Shown here: positions 22,965 to 33,246 of the stretch, piece by piece
How positions within the stretch are numbered: position 1 is the stretch's first letter
Layout: every line of letters begins with the position of its first letter
Notes under the pieces: model-generated
What the model was told of the DNA's origin: nothing
Databases searched by the model: none
The model's input: the letters and a program-made list of their open reading frames with translations, nothing else
IMG/VR virus record: IMGVR_UViG_3300047157_000150
Direction: 5' to 3' (one strand)
From: an uncultured virus (IMG/VR IMGVR_UViG_3300047157_000150)
Taxonomy: Duplodnaviria; Heunggongvirae; Uroviricota; Caudoviricetes
DNA length: 64,000 nucleotides
Program-made: the position numbers and the translations under genes

Positions 22965-24004
22965 TCTAATGCCCCCTGTGGGTATCTCCAGCACTTTCCT
23001 ATACAATACCCCTTACTGATTAAAGTTTGACAGGACGGGGCCATATAACGCTTATTTATCACATAAGAAACAGCCTGTCTTGTAATTCTTTCATCATAGT
23101 CAATCCATACATCTTCATCCGATGCTATCTTTTTAATCTCCATTGATATAATACCTATAATATCTACAAGAGCATCTCCACCTACTTCCCTCGCTGAACA
23201 ATCTAAACCCCTTTCAACAACTGCTAAGTCGGATAAAAACTCATTATACCATTGAACCAAGTAATGTCGAGATTCATGTAAAGGATTGTGAGTCATTACT
23301 GCCGCATTAAGACAGGGAAGAATAGGTAAATCACCCGGACTTTCTACATAATCTATTTCAATTTCTGCCGCTTCCATCTTTTTAACTTGAGGCCATTCCA
23401 CCAAACTTTCACCATACCAAATAGGGGGTTGATTGCGAGGCTTTCTTGCTAAGTCTGTGATAGTTGATAAAGGCTTTTTTAAATCACTACGAATTAGATT
23501 TATAGAAAATAACTTAGCACCTAAATGAAAGGTGTTTTGAGTTCTTCTCAATCGAGCAGTATTTATTACTCGGTTATCTAATCGAGGCGACTTACCGCAT
23601 ATATCGTGGCATATGTTAAAGAAAGCCTTAACTCTTCTTAGGTCAAAGGTTCTTTTACCATAAACGAATATGTAGAAACCTCTACCACTGAAAGCCATGT
23701 TGTGTTTGTAGTTATTTTCGGTAAGCCACTTGTGTAATATTTTCATATCATTCCACGCTTCCTCTAAAGATTCATCACCATGAGCATCAATGTCTAAAAA
23801 CAACCTGTCGATAACTACTGTATGTTCAAGCCCTCTATCTTTAGAAAACTCTTCGTAGTCATATACGGAAGTATAAACATTCATCCTACCGTTATGTGCC
23901 TTAACGAACTCTTTGTATTTTTCTTTGTTCTGCACTACAACCCTTCTTGGTTGTATCACATTCTCTAATGGGCTTCCCGCCCACATTTCTCTAGGATAAT
24001 TCAT
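22961..24004 (-). CDS. priS: Archaeo-eukaryotic primase: PriS catalytic domain fused to PriL-like Cys cluster
   Basis: LFLDID, FSGRGFY, RLRR; C-terminal PCL...HESR...PSC...C..C. Confidence 0.8.
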   Translation of the reverse strand: MNYPREMWAGSPLENVIQPRRVVVQNKEKYKEFVKAHNGRMNVYTSVYDYEEFSKDRGLEHTVVIDRLFLDIDAHGDESLEEAWNDMKILHKWLTENNYKHNMAFSGRGFYIFVYGKRTFDLRRVKAFFNICHDICGKSPRLDNRVINTARLRRTQNTFHLGAKLFSINLIRSDLKKPLSTITDLARKPRNQPPIWYGESLVEWPQVKKMEAAEIEIDYVESPGDLPILPCLNAAVMTHNPLHESRHYLVQWYNEFLSDLAVVERGLDCSAREVGGDALVDIIGIISMEIKKIASDEDVWIDYDERITRQAVSYVINKRYMAPSCQTLISKGYCIGKCWRYPQGALE

Positions 24005-24113
24005 TTCATCACCTGTCTATTAAATCTAAAAAGTCCCTTGACTCACATAGCGAGCAAAGGTCTTTATCTTGTTCTGTAAGTTCTGCCTTACAGTTATTGC
24101 ATTTCTTTTTCAT

Positions 24114-24464
24114 TTAAAGCACCTTAGTATCTTTTTTAATCTGTTTTTTCAACTCTTCTTTTGTAAGAGCAATCTTATCCTTTTGTTCTTCTATTGTTGG
24201 AGGAACTTGAGAAACTTGTGAAAGCATTACAGGTGCTTCGTCAATAAGTTCAAGCATCTGCTGTTTTGCATAAAAGATAGCCTTTTCAGTCCACCAACTT
24301 TTTACTAAGTTTTTCTGTTCTTGACCTAAAAAATCAAGCATCTCTTCCCAAGAAGGTTCTTCCATGTTGTTTATGATATTAAATATAACATCTTCCATTT
24401 TCATTAACTCCTTGAATGTCCATTTGTATTCTGTAATCTCTTTGAGAATTTTAGAACCAATCAT
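24114..24464 (-). CDS. Hypothetical protein
   Basis: Probable start MIGSKILKE. Confidence 0.55.
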   Translation of the reverse strand: MIGSKILKEITEYKWTFKELMKMEDVIFNIINNMEEPSWEEMLDFLGQEQKNLVKSWWTEKAIFYAKQQMLELIDEAPVMLSQVSQVPPTIEEQKDKIALTKEELKKQIKKDTKVL

Positions 24465-25350
24465 AATTTGAACCCCCACCGGTAGCCTCACAGTGGTCGA
24501 AGTGACCACAGTGAACACACTTCTTATGGAAATATGAGAAGGGAAACTCTTTTTCCATGTAAGCATTAATCAATTTTTCTATTGAATTTAACACTGAAGT
24601 CATAGAACGCTTTTTGGTTTCTTCAACAAAGATATAATTACTCTTAGGGAAAATCCATCCCCAATGTGTAATTTCAAGGTTAGGATTTAGACCCTGCTTG
24701 ATAAGTTCTTCATCGGAAGCCTCATCATAAAGCAATTGATAAAACGCCATTTCCTTTCTCATGTTTGTTTTTTTGCTATCCTTCCATGCACCTGTTTTTA
24801 ATTCAAAGGGTATGTACCCATTATCATCATAAAACATTCTATCAATAATACCTTGTAGGTGGATATTGACCCCACTCAAACGAATGGTAGCATTTAAAAT
24901 TATTTCATTACCAACGGGAACAAAATGTTCCACAGTTCCTTCGTGAACACACTCGATAAATCTTTCTGCTTGCCATGCTGATAAAGCCCTGTATAAATCT
25001 TTAGTGTCTTCATCTTTACCTTCGGGGTAGTAATCCCTAAAGTGTTTAACAAGTTTATTAGAATCATCAATAAAGGGCATAGCCTTTTCAGTGTCAACCA
25101 TTTTCCAAAAGTCTTCTTGTGCATTGTGAACTATGGTTCCTCTAAGCATAGCCTCAGATGTTTTTTGTTTTTTCTTTCCTTCTGCGAATGGGTCATAACT
25201 ATAACGATAAGAACCATTACAAAAGTTAAAAGTACCAAGAGAAGACTTAGTAATTTTTAATGTAGGTCCATTACCGTCATCAGGATTCCATTGATATGTA
25301 AATCCGTTATCTAAATCTTTTTGTGTCCATTCTGTTGCGTATTCATTCAT
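24451..25350 (-). CDS. Cas4/AddB-like PD-(D/E)XK exonuclease
   Basis: RGTIVH, GIIDR, ELKTG, split Cys set C...CxxCx5C. Confidence 0.85.
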   Translation of the reverse strand: MNEYATEWTQKDLDNGFTYQWNPDDGNGPTLKITKSSLGTFNFCNGSYRYSYDPFAEGKKKQKTSEAMLRGTIVHNAQEDFWKMVDTEKAMPFIDDSNKLVKHFRDYYPEGKDEDTKDLYRALSAWQAERFIECVHEGTVEHFVPVGNEIILNATIRLSGVNIHLQGIIDRMFYDDNGYIPFELKTGAWKDSKKTNMRKEMAFYQLLYDEASDEELIKQGLNPNLEITHWGWIFPKSNYIFVEETKKRSMTSVLNSIEKLINAYMEKEFPFSYFHKKCVHCGHFDHCEATGGGSNYDWF

Positions 25351-25832
25351 TCCTTCACTTCCTTTAGTGCATCAATTAAGGTTGATGCTTCACCTCTTGT
25401 CATGTCTTCGGTGATAGATGTTTCTCCACCTAATTTAATTATATAGTTTCTTTGAGCCTCGGTCACCGGACCATTATGATTCTTTACAGTTTTTGTTTGT
25501 GTGACACCTTTTTCTTCAAAGTGATTTCTTCGCAAACTTGCTGTTGTGTTATCATGGCATTCTCTACAAACTTCGACAACATTACTACGAGAATGGATAA
25601 GATATTCTTTTCCAATTTCTCTACACCTATATTGTGAAATAATGTGATGCCATTCAGTCTTCCCTTCTGCAAAACAGATACTACAATGTCCTTGTTTTTT
25701 CCAAAATTGTCTTTCTTCCTTAACAACTTTTAAGAACTCTTGTTCGATTATTTCTATTTCATCCTGCTTCTTTCTTTTACGAGCCTGTAATGCTCTTAAT
25801 GTCTTATAATATGTTCCTTCTTTTTTACCCAT
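25347..25832 (-). CDS. HNH endonuclease-like protein
   Basis: CSIC...EWHHII...N...CRECH. Confidence 0.75.
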   Translation of the reverse strand: MGKKEGTYYKTLRALQARKRKKQDEIEIIEQEFLKVVKEERQFWKKQGHCSICFAEGKTEWHHIISQYRCREIGKEYLIHSRSNVVEVCRECHDNTTASLRRNHFEEKGVTQTKTVKNHNGPVTEAQRNYIIKLGGETSITEDMTRGEASTLIDALKEVKE

Positions 25833-25833
25833 G

Positions 25834-28299
25834 TTACCACCAATCCTCTAAAGTTGTTTGGTTTATATCTTTCTTAATCAGTTTAATAGGCCAATCCATG
25901 CTTTCAAAAATTAGCAAAGCCTTTTTAATAATTTCTCCGTTAGCGATAAACTCCCAATCCGGTGTAAATTTTCCTTCAATGTCCTTGAATTTCAAGAACG
26001 AAATATATTCACATGACTTAGATACACCGTTAACGATGTAGCACTTTTCTTCTAAGTCTGCATTATTTACTTTAAAGTAATAATACGCATCGCCTTTCTT
26101 AATTTTACCAAACCCCTGTTGATTATGGTAAATAATACCGGCTGAACCTCCGGCAATCATATCATAGTCTTCGATATTTCTACGAAGTCTACTACGCTTA
26201 CTAATTTCTTTTAGAGAAACATCTCCCTTAACAACAGTTGCGTATTCTTTGTTACAGTAATCTATAACTTTGTTCTTTTCTTCAAAAGATGACACCATTT
26301 TTAGTAGATTTTCTTGAAATTTCTTTGCTATTTTAGTTTCATTTGACTTCTTCATTTCGAAACCCATTACAAAGAACTTATCTTCATCTAAAAACTCCCC
26401 ATCCTTCCAAGAAAGATAACCACAGTAGCGATTTTTCTTCTTAGATAGGAAAAACTTACTGGCAAACTTTTCAAACTCTAATTCTACCGGTTCACGGAAG
26501 ATTTCTCTTGAAATATAATCGTTTAACAAAACTCTTAGTTGTTTTGCGTCTTCTACATCTCGAACCTTAACGAAAACCGAATCTGTGTGTCCATAAATAA
26601 CTTCGTAGCCCAACTCTTGAGCCTTAAACGCAGTTTCACGCATAGCATGACGAGCAGAAGCAGTAATTGATTGAACCATTTCCATATCAGCCCAACCAAA
26701 CCCTTCTTTTGCGAGAATACCGTAGAAAGCATTTACCGCTCTCTTCGTAGCCATTTGTGCGGAGTCCCACTTAATATATTCTTCGTCTGTTTTAGCCTCT
26801 TTACGCAGTTTTTTGTATTCATCACGCAAAGCCATCATGTCAATAACGGCTTGAGGTAAAAGTCCAAGAGTATCTTTTTCATAATAATATGTGGGTTTTT
26901 CTTCAAACTCGCCTAAATTTTTAGGTGTATTTACCCACACCGGATAACCATGTCCACGCTTAGTTTCCCAAGAGATATTTACTGCGGCCATCATTGATGG
27001 GTATAGAGATTTAAAATCGAATACAGCGACATTTTCATGTTGACCGTATGTTCCTTCTAATGTTGGGTCCATAACGAAAGCACCATCATATCTTTCCTTT
27101 TCAGTTTTAATCCCCGTAGGTGGAATCCAATCTGACTTACGCATAAAATACACGCCTCCCATTTGGGAATTGTGGTATGTATTTTCAAAGGGACATACAA
27201 TAAGTCTTTGTAGAGCAAGACTGTTTTCACTAACATTTAATTTGTTATCAATGTTCACACACAAATCTACATCGACTTTAGCATATTCGAGATAAGTTTG
27301 TGTGTCTTCTAACCATGCTCGTTCATAGAACTCTAAGTCCTCAAACTTTGAACTTGAAACCTTTCGCTCGCCTAGAACAAGATTAGCACAATCATCCAAC
27401 TTAAGTGAAGGTAATGTACCGTTTTGAGAATCAGTCCAAAGGCGTTCAAATCTATCCATTAGACAGAAAGTTAATCTACCTCGAATAGGTTGTGCGCTGT
27501 TAAAGTATTTTTCATCACCGGTTCCCTTTCCTAATTGCCAACCCGTTTCATTATTACTAAACTTTTTACGAACATCTTTGATTTCATTACAGGGTGACAT
27601 AAGATTAGGGTCAATGCCCAACTTACACATACGCTTAATTATTTGAGGAATATCATAACCGAGAATATACCATCCGATAATCATATCAGGGTCTTGTTCC
27701 TGCATCATTTCAATAAACGCATAAAACATTGCTGTTTCATTTCTATATACCTGCACATAATCAAGGCTGGAAAATTTTACATCTTTGTAATCCACATGTG
27801 CCTCTTTTGGAAACCAAGTCATTACTGTGTTCTTTTTAGTAAAGGAATCATAGATACTTAGCACTGTTGTTTTACCATCATGTATTCCTCCGACTTGAGA
27901 TTCAATATCAAAATACCATTTACGGTGTTCGTATTCTTTAATCTCAGTCATTCGGTCAACAGCATAAAGGCGTTTAATATCAACATCTGCTTGATAGGTA
28001 GCAATACCCTGCTTATGAAATTCACTCATTAGAGTCCATCGGTCTTTAGGGTTATGGTAAGTAATTTTCTTCAAACTCTTACCGTGTAGGCTTTTCCATT
28101 TTCCGAACATATCTATTTCAACAGGTATTGCTCTTTTCTTCCCATAGTTCTTAACAACCATTTGAGATTTATGCCAATGAGATGCACCGGAAATAAAGAA
28201 ATAAGGTTTGTAGTCCTTTACTGTTTCTTCCTTTCTTTCCCCGTCTTCTCTCCATCGTAGATGTATATTACTCCCCATTGTGTCTATTATCACTTTCAA
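25834..28299 (-). CDS. polB: Family B DNA polymerase
   Basis: Exo FDIES; DFKSLYPS; KRAVNAFYG; YGHTDS; KNRY. Confidence 0.97.
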   Translation of the reverse strand: MKVIIDTMGSNIHLRWREDGERKEETVKDYKPYFFISGASHWHKSQMVVKNYGKKRAIPVEIDMFGKWKSLHGKSLKKITYHNPKDRWTLMSEFHKQGIATYQADVDIKRLYAVDRMTEIKEYEHRKWYFDIESQVGGIHDGKTTVLSIYDSFTKKNTVMTWFPKEAHVDYKDVKFSSLDYVQVYRNETAMFYAFIEMMQEQDPDMIIGWYILGYDIPQIIKRMCKLGIDPNLMSPCNEIKDVRKKFSNNETGWQLGKGTGDEKYFNSAQPIRGRLTFCLMDRFERLWTDSQNGTLPSLKLDDCANLVLGERKVSSSKFEDLEFYERAWLEDTQTYLEYAKVDVDLCVNIDNKLNVSENSLALQRLIVCPFENTYHNSQMGGVYFMRKSDWIPPTGIKTEKERYDGAFVMDPTLEGTYGQHENVAVFDFKSLYPSMMAAVNISWETKRGHGYPVWVNTPKNLGEFEEKPTYYYEKDTLGLLPQAVIDMMALRDEYKKLRKEAKTDEEYIKWDSAQMATKRAVNAFYGILAKEGFGWADMEMVQSITASARHAMRETAFKAQELGYEVIYGHTDSVFVKVRDVEDAKQLRVLLNDYISREIFREPVELEFEKFASKFFLSKKKNRYCGYLSWKDGEFLDEDKFFVMGFEMKKSNETKIAKKFQENLLKMVSSFEEKNKVIDYCNKEYATVVKGDVSLKEISKRSRLRRNIEDYDMIAGGSAGIIYHNQQGFGKIKKGDAYYYFKVNNADLEEKCYIVNGVSKSCEYISFLKFKDIEGKFTPDWEFIANGEIIKKALLIFESMDWPIKLIKKDINQTTLEDWW

Positions 28300-28440
28300 T
28301 CACTTTCCATTCTTCAATTTTAAAACTTATTCCTTCTCCTTGAAGGTATTCCATGAACAGATATTCTAAATGCTCTCGCAGATATTTAGGGTCTGTCCAA
28401 CCCTCTTCGGTATCTATATAACCATTAATATGAATTAACA

Positions 28441-28680
28441 TTACAAGTCCTCCATCAAGTCAACGAAATCGGGACCATACTTTTGTTCTAACTCGAATCT
28501 CTTCAAATCATTTAATAGACGCTCAACATATACAGCCGCATCCATTAGTTCTTCTTGTAGATGAACGAGCCATTCAAGTGTGTTTAAATCAGTGCGTTCC
28601 ATTGTCACACCGTATTTATTCTTACCCACTTCGGCCCTTTCACGAATCTTATTAATTACTTGTTCTTCGTATTTACTCAT
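28441..28680 (-). CDS. Conserved phage all-alpha protein (MazG-like fold possible)
   Basis: GKNKYGVTMER...LQEELMDAAVY. Confidence 0.55.
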   Translation of the reverse strand: MSKYEEQVINKIRERAEVGKNKYGVTMERTDLNTLEWLVHLQEELMDAAVYVERLLNDLKRFELEQKYGPDFVDLMEDL

Positions 28681-28919
28681 TCTTCTTCCTCTTTCTCTTC
28701 AGGTTTTGTCAAATACTCCAATACATTTTGTGCCATTACCGTAGCCATGCTTCGACTACCCATAGCGAATGCAATTTGAACAGACTTACTCTTAGCATAC
28801 ATTCTTAGAAATTGTGCTTCATCCATGTTCTTGCTTTGTAATAGTTCTTGTATTCTCGCATTTAATTGATTTACTGTATCTACAAGTTCTTTCATTTTAA
28901 GCACCCAACCTCGGAGCAC
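28677..28919 (-). CDS. Hypothetical protein
   Basis: Coupled ORF; probable start MKELV. Confidence 0.5.
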   Translation of the reverse strand: MLRGWVLKMKELVDTVNQLNARIQELLQSKNMDEAQFLRMYAKSKSVQIAFAMGSRSMATVMAQNVLEYLTKPEEKEEEE

Positions 28920-29673
28920 GAAGCACCGTCACCTGTTGATTAGCAAAAACAACAGGCTTTTCATCATCATAAAGTATGATAACATTTTCTTCCTTACTTA
29001 CAAGTTTGCTTATCGGTAAAGATATTTCAACAGTGGCCTTTCTATCTGAACCCCCGGAAACAAAGACCTCCGTATAAACACTTTCATTGTTCTTGGTAGA
29101 ACTAACAAGGAGTTTATCTCCATCCCAATCAATCTTGTAAATTGAATTACCTACCTTTTCAGCAAGTGACATGGCATCTGTAAGTTCATCCGACTCAACA
29201 TCAAGCATTGTATTAAGTGCTAAATTTTCAGTCACGAATATTTCCTGCCCTTCCTTCACCATCTTCTTAATTGACCTGCGAGTTAAGTTTCTCAACTTAT
29301 CCTTTAGTCGGTAGATAACATGAAGTTCAGAGTGTCTACCCAAAACAGGTAAAGTCACAACACTGTATTCTGTTGCTAGTTCAATTTTTCCCTCGTCGCT
29401 CTTAAATACTAAATCGGTATCTGTTAGATACTTCTCAAGTATAGAACCGGACAAGTTAACCATTCCGTTAACTGCCTCTACATCTGTATGTCTATAAACT
29501 ACATAAGTAAAGTTATTGGCATTTTGTATATACACCATTCCATCTTCTACCTCGATGTATAAATCATCACATAGTACGCTGGTTTTATTACCCATGCCCT
29601 CGTTGTATTTACCTCGTAGTCTACAAATATTTATTGCTTCTTTCAATTCTTTTCCATTCATTCTAAATTCCAT
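28897..29673 (-). CDS. pcn: PCNA-like sliding clamp
   Basis: 258 aa two-domain pattern, ends DEKPVVF...LRAPR; clamp loader nearby. Confidence 0.7.
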   Translation of the reverse strand: MEFRMNGKELKEAINICRLRGKYNEGMGNKTSVLCDDLYIEVEDGMVYIQNANNFTYVVYRHTDVEAVNGMVNLSGSILEKYLTDTDLVFKSDEGKIELATEYSVVTLPVLGRHSELHVIYRLKDKLRNLTRRSIKKMVKEGQEIFVTENLALNTMLDVESDELTDAMSLAEKVGNSIYKIDWDGDKLLVSSTKNNESVYTEVFVSGGSDRKATVEISLPISKLVSKEENVIILYDDEKPVVFANQQVTVLRAPRLGA

Positions 29674-29733
29674 TTAAATTCCTCCATAATATAACATAAC
29701 ATAACAGCACCCCTATTTCAAAAACCATTACAC

Positions 29734-30645
29734 TCAAAGGTTGTTTTCTTTGATTGGCACTAAACCATTCCAAGTAACATTACCTTTTTCGTTTTCAAAC
29801 AATAAGAAGGATTGCCCCTCATTGTCTGCGTTGGTCTTTGACTTGAGAACCTTAGCGTGTAACTTTGTAGTGTTATTTCTTTCTTCACGGTATGTGTGAA
29901 TGTGTTGAAATAACTTTGCGGTAGTAGACTTTTCCCAATCTGGCTTTTGTCCAACCACTTCAAACCCATCATGCACTTCTTTCATATGCGTGATGAAAAA
30001 CTTATGACATTGAAGTTGACAAGCGGCCTTAAACAATCGCTTGTATTCTTCTGTTCTTGCATACCATTGGGTAGGAACCATCTTGACTTTATCAGCCGCT
30101 CTTGGGTCCTTACCCTTAATGTGATTTAGTCTAGCAATCATATTTGTAGTATCGAGCCAAGTATCAAGTCCATCGAAAACAATTGCTTTAACGCCTTCAA
30201 CTTCAATAGTCTCTTCACCGTATTCAATTTTCTTTGTCTCAATTGCTTCCTTAACCATTCCCATAAAGAAACGAGCCATATCAGCAGTAGCCAAATAATC
30301 TACAGTCATATCTTCTTTATACACATGGGGATTGTAGATAAACACTTTATCATCACTCGACCAATGTTGCCTCCATGTAGGTTCTGCACCTTCATCGAAA
30401 TCAAGAATAAAAACCCAATGGGTTTCTTTTTCTTCATCAGTTCTGCAATCAATTGCTAATCCGGTCTTTCCAGTTCCGGGGTCGCCACTAATTCCACACA
30501 GCATATATGCTGATTCATTTTCCATCAAACGCTTTCGCTGATTAAAAGCCTTAGCCTTTGCACTTGCGAATGCACTCTTGGTATCTTCTTCTTTTGCTTT
30601 ACTTACGAGATTACTCGCCTTTCCTTTTCCTTTCAAACTCATCAT
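29734..30645 (-). CDS. RecA-like ATPase (AAA_24/Sak4-like)
   Basis: GDPGTGKT, ILDFDEG, IVFDG, FITH. Confidence 0.75.
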   Translation of the reverse strand: MMSLKGKGKASNLVSKAKEEDTKSAFASAKAKAFNQRKRLMENESAYMLCGISGDPGTGKTGLAIDCRTDEEKETHWVFILDFDEGAEPTWRQHWSSDDKVFIYNPHVYKEDMTVDYLATADMARFFMGMVKEAIETKKIEYGEETIEVEGVKAIVFDGLDTWLDTTNMIARLNHIKGKDPRAADKVKMVPTQWYARTEEYKRLFKAACQLQCHKFFITHMKEVHDGFEVVGQKPDWEKSTTAKLFQHIHTYREERNNTTKLHAKVLKSKTNADNEGQSFLLFENEKGNVTWNGLVPIKENNL

Positions 30646-30830
30646 TCTTCCTCCTTAAATTGTTCACTTAATATTTTTAGTTGTTTTTCATGCACTAAGC
30701 GTGTGAACATTTTACCGCTTTTCATGTGAAAACGAACACTGTATCTATCGTATTCGTTATCGTCTTCTTTCCATTCTATTGTTTCTACCTCTTCGAGGTC
30801 TAGTAGTATTTCATTCATTTTAATTATCAT
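30642..30830 (-). CDS. Hypothetical protein
   Basis: SD GGTGA; coupled ORF. Confidence 0.55.
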   Translation of the reverse strand: MIIKMNEILLDLEEVETIEWKEDDNEYDRYSVRFHMKSGKMFTRLVHEKQLKILSEQFKEEE

Positions 30831-30906
30831 CTTTTCACCTTTTAAAGTATAGGCTTCGCACCTATCCGAATGTCATTCAGCCGCCAACATTTACACGGAA
30901 GTTAAA

Positions 30907-31062
30907 TCAAAGCATATCTTCAATCTTGTCCGAGAGCAACAACAATGTTGAAGCCCACAGACCAACGAAAATACCCAAGTTTTCATCGTATGCGGCATAA
31001 AGACCGATACTCAGTAAAATCGAGGCCACGCTTGTAATCAATCCTGCTTTCTTGTAATTCAT
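30907..31062 (-). CDS. Small two-TM membrane protein, 51 aa (not in ORF track)
   Basis: MNYKKAGLITSVASILLSIGLYAAYDENLGIFVGLWASTLLLLSDKIEDML; SD GGTGA. Confidence 0.65.
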   Translation of the reverse strand: MNYKKAGLITSVASILLSIGLYAAYDENLGIFVGLWASTLLLLSDKIEDML

Positions 31063-31067
31063 TTAAA

Positions 31068-32307
31068 TCACCAAAACTCCATTGATTCGCCTTCTGCAAC
31101 TTCTTCAACGACAACACCTGTTGCACTTCGGGCATAAACTCCATACAAGTTAATTGTCACAGGGTTATATTCACCGTCAATAGGCATTCCATCATCACCC
31201 TTCTTTTGCGTTTGGTTTGTTCGACCAACAATAATAACATCGGAACCAACTCCAAAGTTAATATCAACATGAGAAGGAACCCAAATCGGAGTTGATTCAG
31301 GAATATCGTCTTCATCAAAGCCGTAATTAGCATCCACAGGTTCAACCCAAATTACTCTATTACCACTTCGCTCATTAGGTGTTAGATTCATACTTGTGAC
31401 AATTCCATCAGTGACGACAAGGCGCAAACCTTGTTGTTGAGAAATCAAGTCATGGTAAGAATCCAATTCAATCATATCTGCAAGGTATTCTGCCGTATGT
31501 TCGACAAGAATATCTTCCATAGATTCACCGGAAACATCAATCCATCGAGGGTCTTCTTCATCAAGAACATCGAGATAATTCATACTCGATAGAGTCTTGT
31601 TGCGAATACCGTAAATTGCATTTCTTTCTTCGTTAAACAAACCATAAATAGTGGTCCAACGGAATGTTTCGACATTAAAGTTCTTTGCTTGGTCGTTCTT
31701 CAATTGAAGAGACCAAAGTTGCATATCCCCGCCTTCCTTCATTCCAATGAAATGCGCTCGAAGTTTAAATTCTTCTTTAGGCAAAGGCTTCCCGTAAATT
31801 CTTATTAACATCACCTGATGCCCAAGACTTAACAGGGTCAACAGGAACAATCCAATGGTTTTCACCAACTTCCATAGCCGAAGCCGGAAGTTGAGGAATA
31901 ACTCTTGTGTCCCATTCACCGTTCTTAACTTGAGTCTTTTCGTAAGACCCACCTTCGGTTAGTGTCACTTCTGCAAGGATTTCATCTTTCAATGCTTGTG
32001 ATGAATCGCTGTTAAACTTGCTCAACACATTCTTTCGCTTCCATTCCATTACATCACGGGCTGGTTCAATTCCAATAAAGAAACCTGTTCCGGCATCCCC
32101 GAAGCCTGTTGAGGCAGTTCGATTAGATGCAAGACGGCCACGAACATAATTACGAGTCAAAGTCAAAGCAACAAGTTGTTGTCGCTCATCTTCCAAGTCG
32201 AGATTATTGCTACTACCAATCTCCGTGTATTTTTCATTCATTTCTCCGACTTCAATACTTAGTCGGGTCGCTAAACTGTTTAGTTCTTTTTCTACTCTTT
32301 CAATCAT
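31068..32307 (-). CDS. RPA/SSB-like OB-fold protein, single frameshift at ~31797
   Basis: Removing one base joins GDVNKN to YGKPLPKEEF; OB-like GVGSDVIIVGRT; acidic-aromatic tail GESMEFW. Confidence 0.6.
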
Positions 32308-32335
32308 ATTTTCACTTTCCTTTCTTTTTTTTTAT

Positions 32336-33241
32336 TTATTTCATAAACTGTGCTGTGAACCAAGCCACAAGCACTTTTGGTGTCACACTTCTGCTTCTCC
32401 ACTCCATTTCTCCTACTGCACCTACTACCTTAAACTTCTCGGTAGCAGATAATTCCATATCTAAAACACATTGTAAGAGTTTTCCACATATATCCTTTAC
32501 AGTATGACCTGCAAAAACAAGTCGCTGTAAAAAGTCTAAAGCGTCGGGGTCTTTATTCAATAATTGCTTTAAACAATTTTTGTAAGGCCCCATGTGTTCG
32601 TTTAGTAGATTATCCGGTGTTTTTCCGGAATAAATACACGCCTGTAATTCATTAATTGCACGACGCATATCTCCCCCACAAATGTCTACAATTTTGTGGG
32701 CGTTTTCTTCAGAAAATTCTGCATTATTTTCTGTAATAATGTTCATCAATCTTTCAACCTGAATAGTTACAGGTATCGGTGTAAAGAAATAATTCGCACA
32801 ACGGGAACGAATAGCATCATCAACAGCATACGGGTCATTACAAGCGATAATAAAACGAACATTTGTTGCTCGCTCCATAACTCTTTTCAATGCTCGCTGT
32901 GAATCACGGGTCATTCCTTCCAATTCATCAAGAAAACAAATCTTAAACTTGTTTCCAGAAACTGAGCGAGTGTTAACAAAGTTAGTAATAGTTTGTCGAA
33001 CTGTTTCTAACTTACGGTCTTGACTTGCATTAATTTCTAAAAAGTCTGTGTCTTTGTGTTCTCCAAGAAAATGATTAGCCAATACATGAGCCGCAGATGT
33101 TTTACCAATTCCCGGTACTCCGTATAAAAGAGTGTTAGGTAAATCACCTTTAGTCACCCATGTTTTTGCGTCGGCTACAAACTTGTGCTGACCAATCAAA
33201 TCTCCAATCACATTCGGTCTATATTTTTCTGTCCAATTCAT
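32336..33241 (-). CDS. rfcS: Replication factor C small subunit
   Basis: WTEKYRP, GVPGIGKT, EINAS, LDE, SRC, GDMRRAIN. Confidence 0.95.
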   Translation of the reverse strand: MNWTEKYRPNVIGDLIGQHKFVADAKTWVTKGDLPNTLLYGVPGIGKTSAAHVLANHFLGEHKDTDFLEINASQDRKLETVRQTITNFVNTRSVSGNKFKICFLDELEGMTRDSQRALKRVMERATNVRFIIACNDPYAVDDAIRSRCANYFFTPIPVTIQVERLMNIITENNAEFSEENAHKIVDICGGDMRRAINELQACIYSGKTPDNLLNEHMGPYKNCLKQLLNKDPDALDFLQRLVFAGHTVKDICGKLLQCVLDMELSATEKFKVVGAVGEMEWRSRSVTPKVLVAWFTAQFMK

Positions 33242-33246
33242 TTTAA

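Noticed and set aside
30845..30900. Hammerhead ribozyme
   Set aside because: CTGAATGA and CGAA only resemble the CUGANGA/GAAA core, and the three stems cannot be built.
31777..31952. Split RPA-like gene as two genes or a programmed shift
   Set aside because: One extra base in a short run at ~31797 restores a single ORF; likely an error.
32336..33241. MNWTEKY as another W-tag
   Set aside because: It is the standard RFC WxEKYRP motif.
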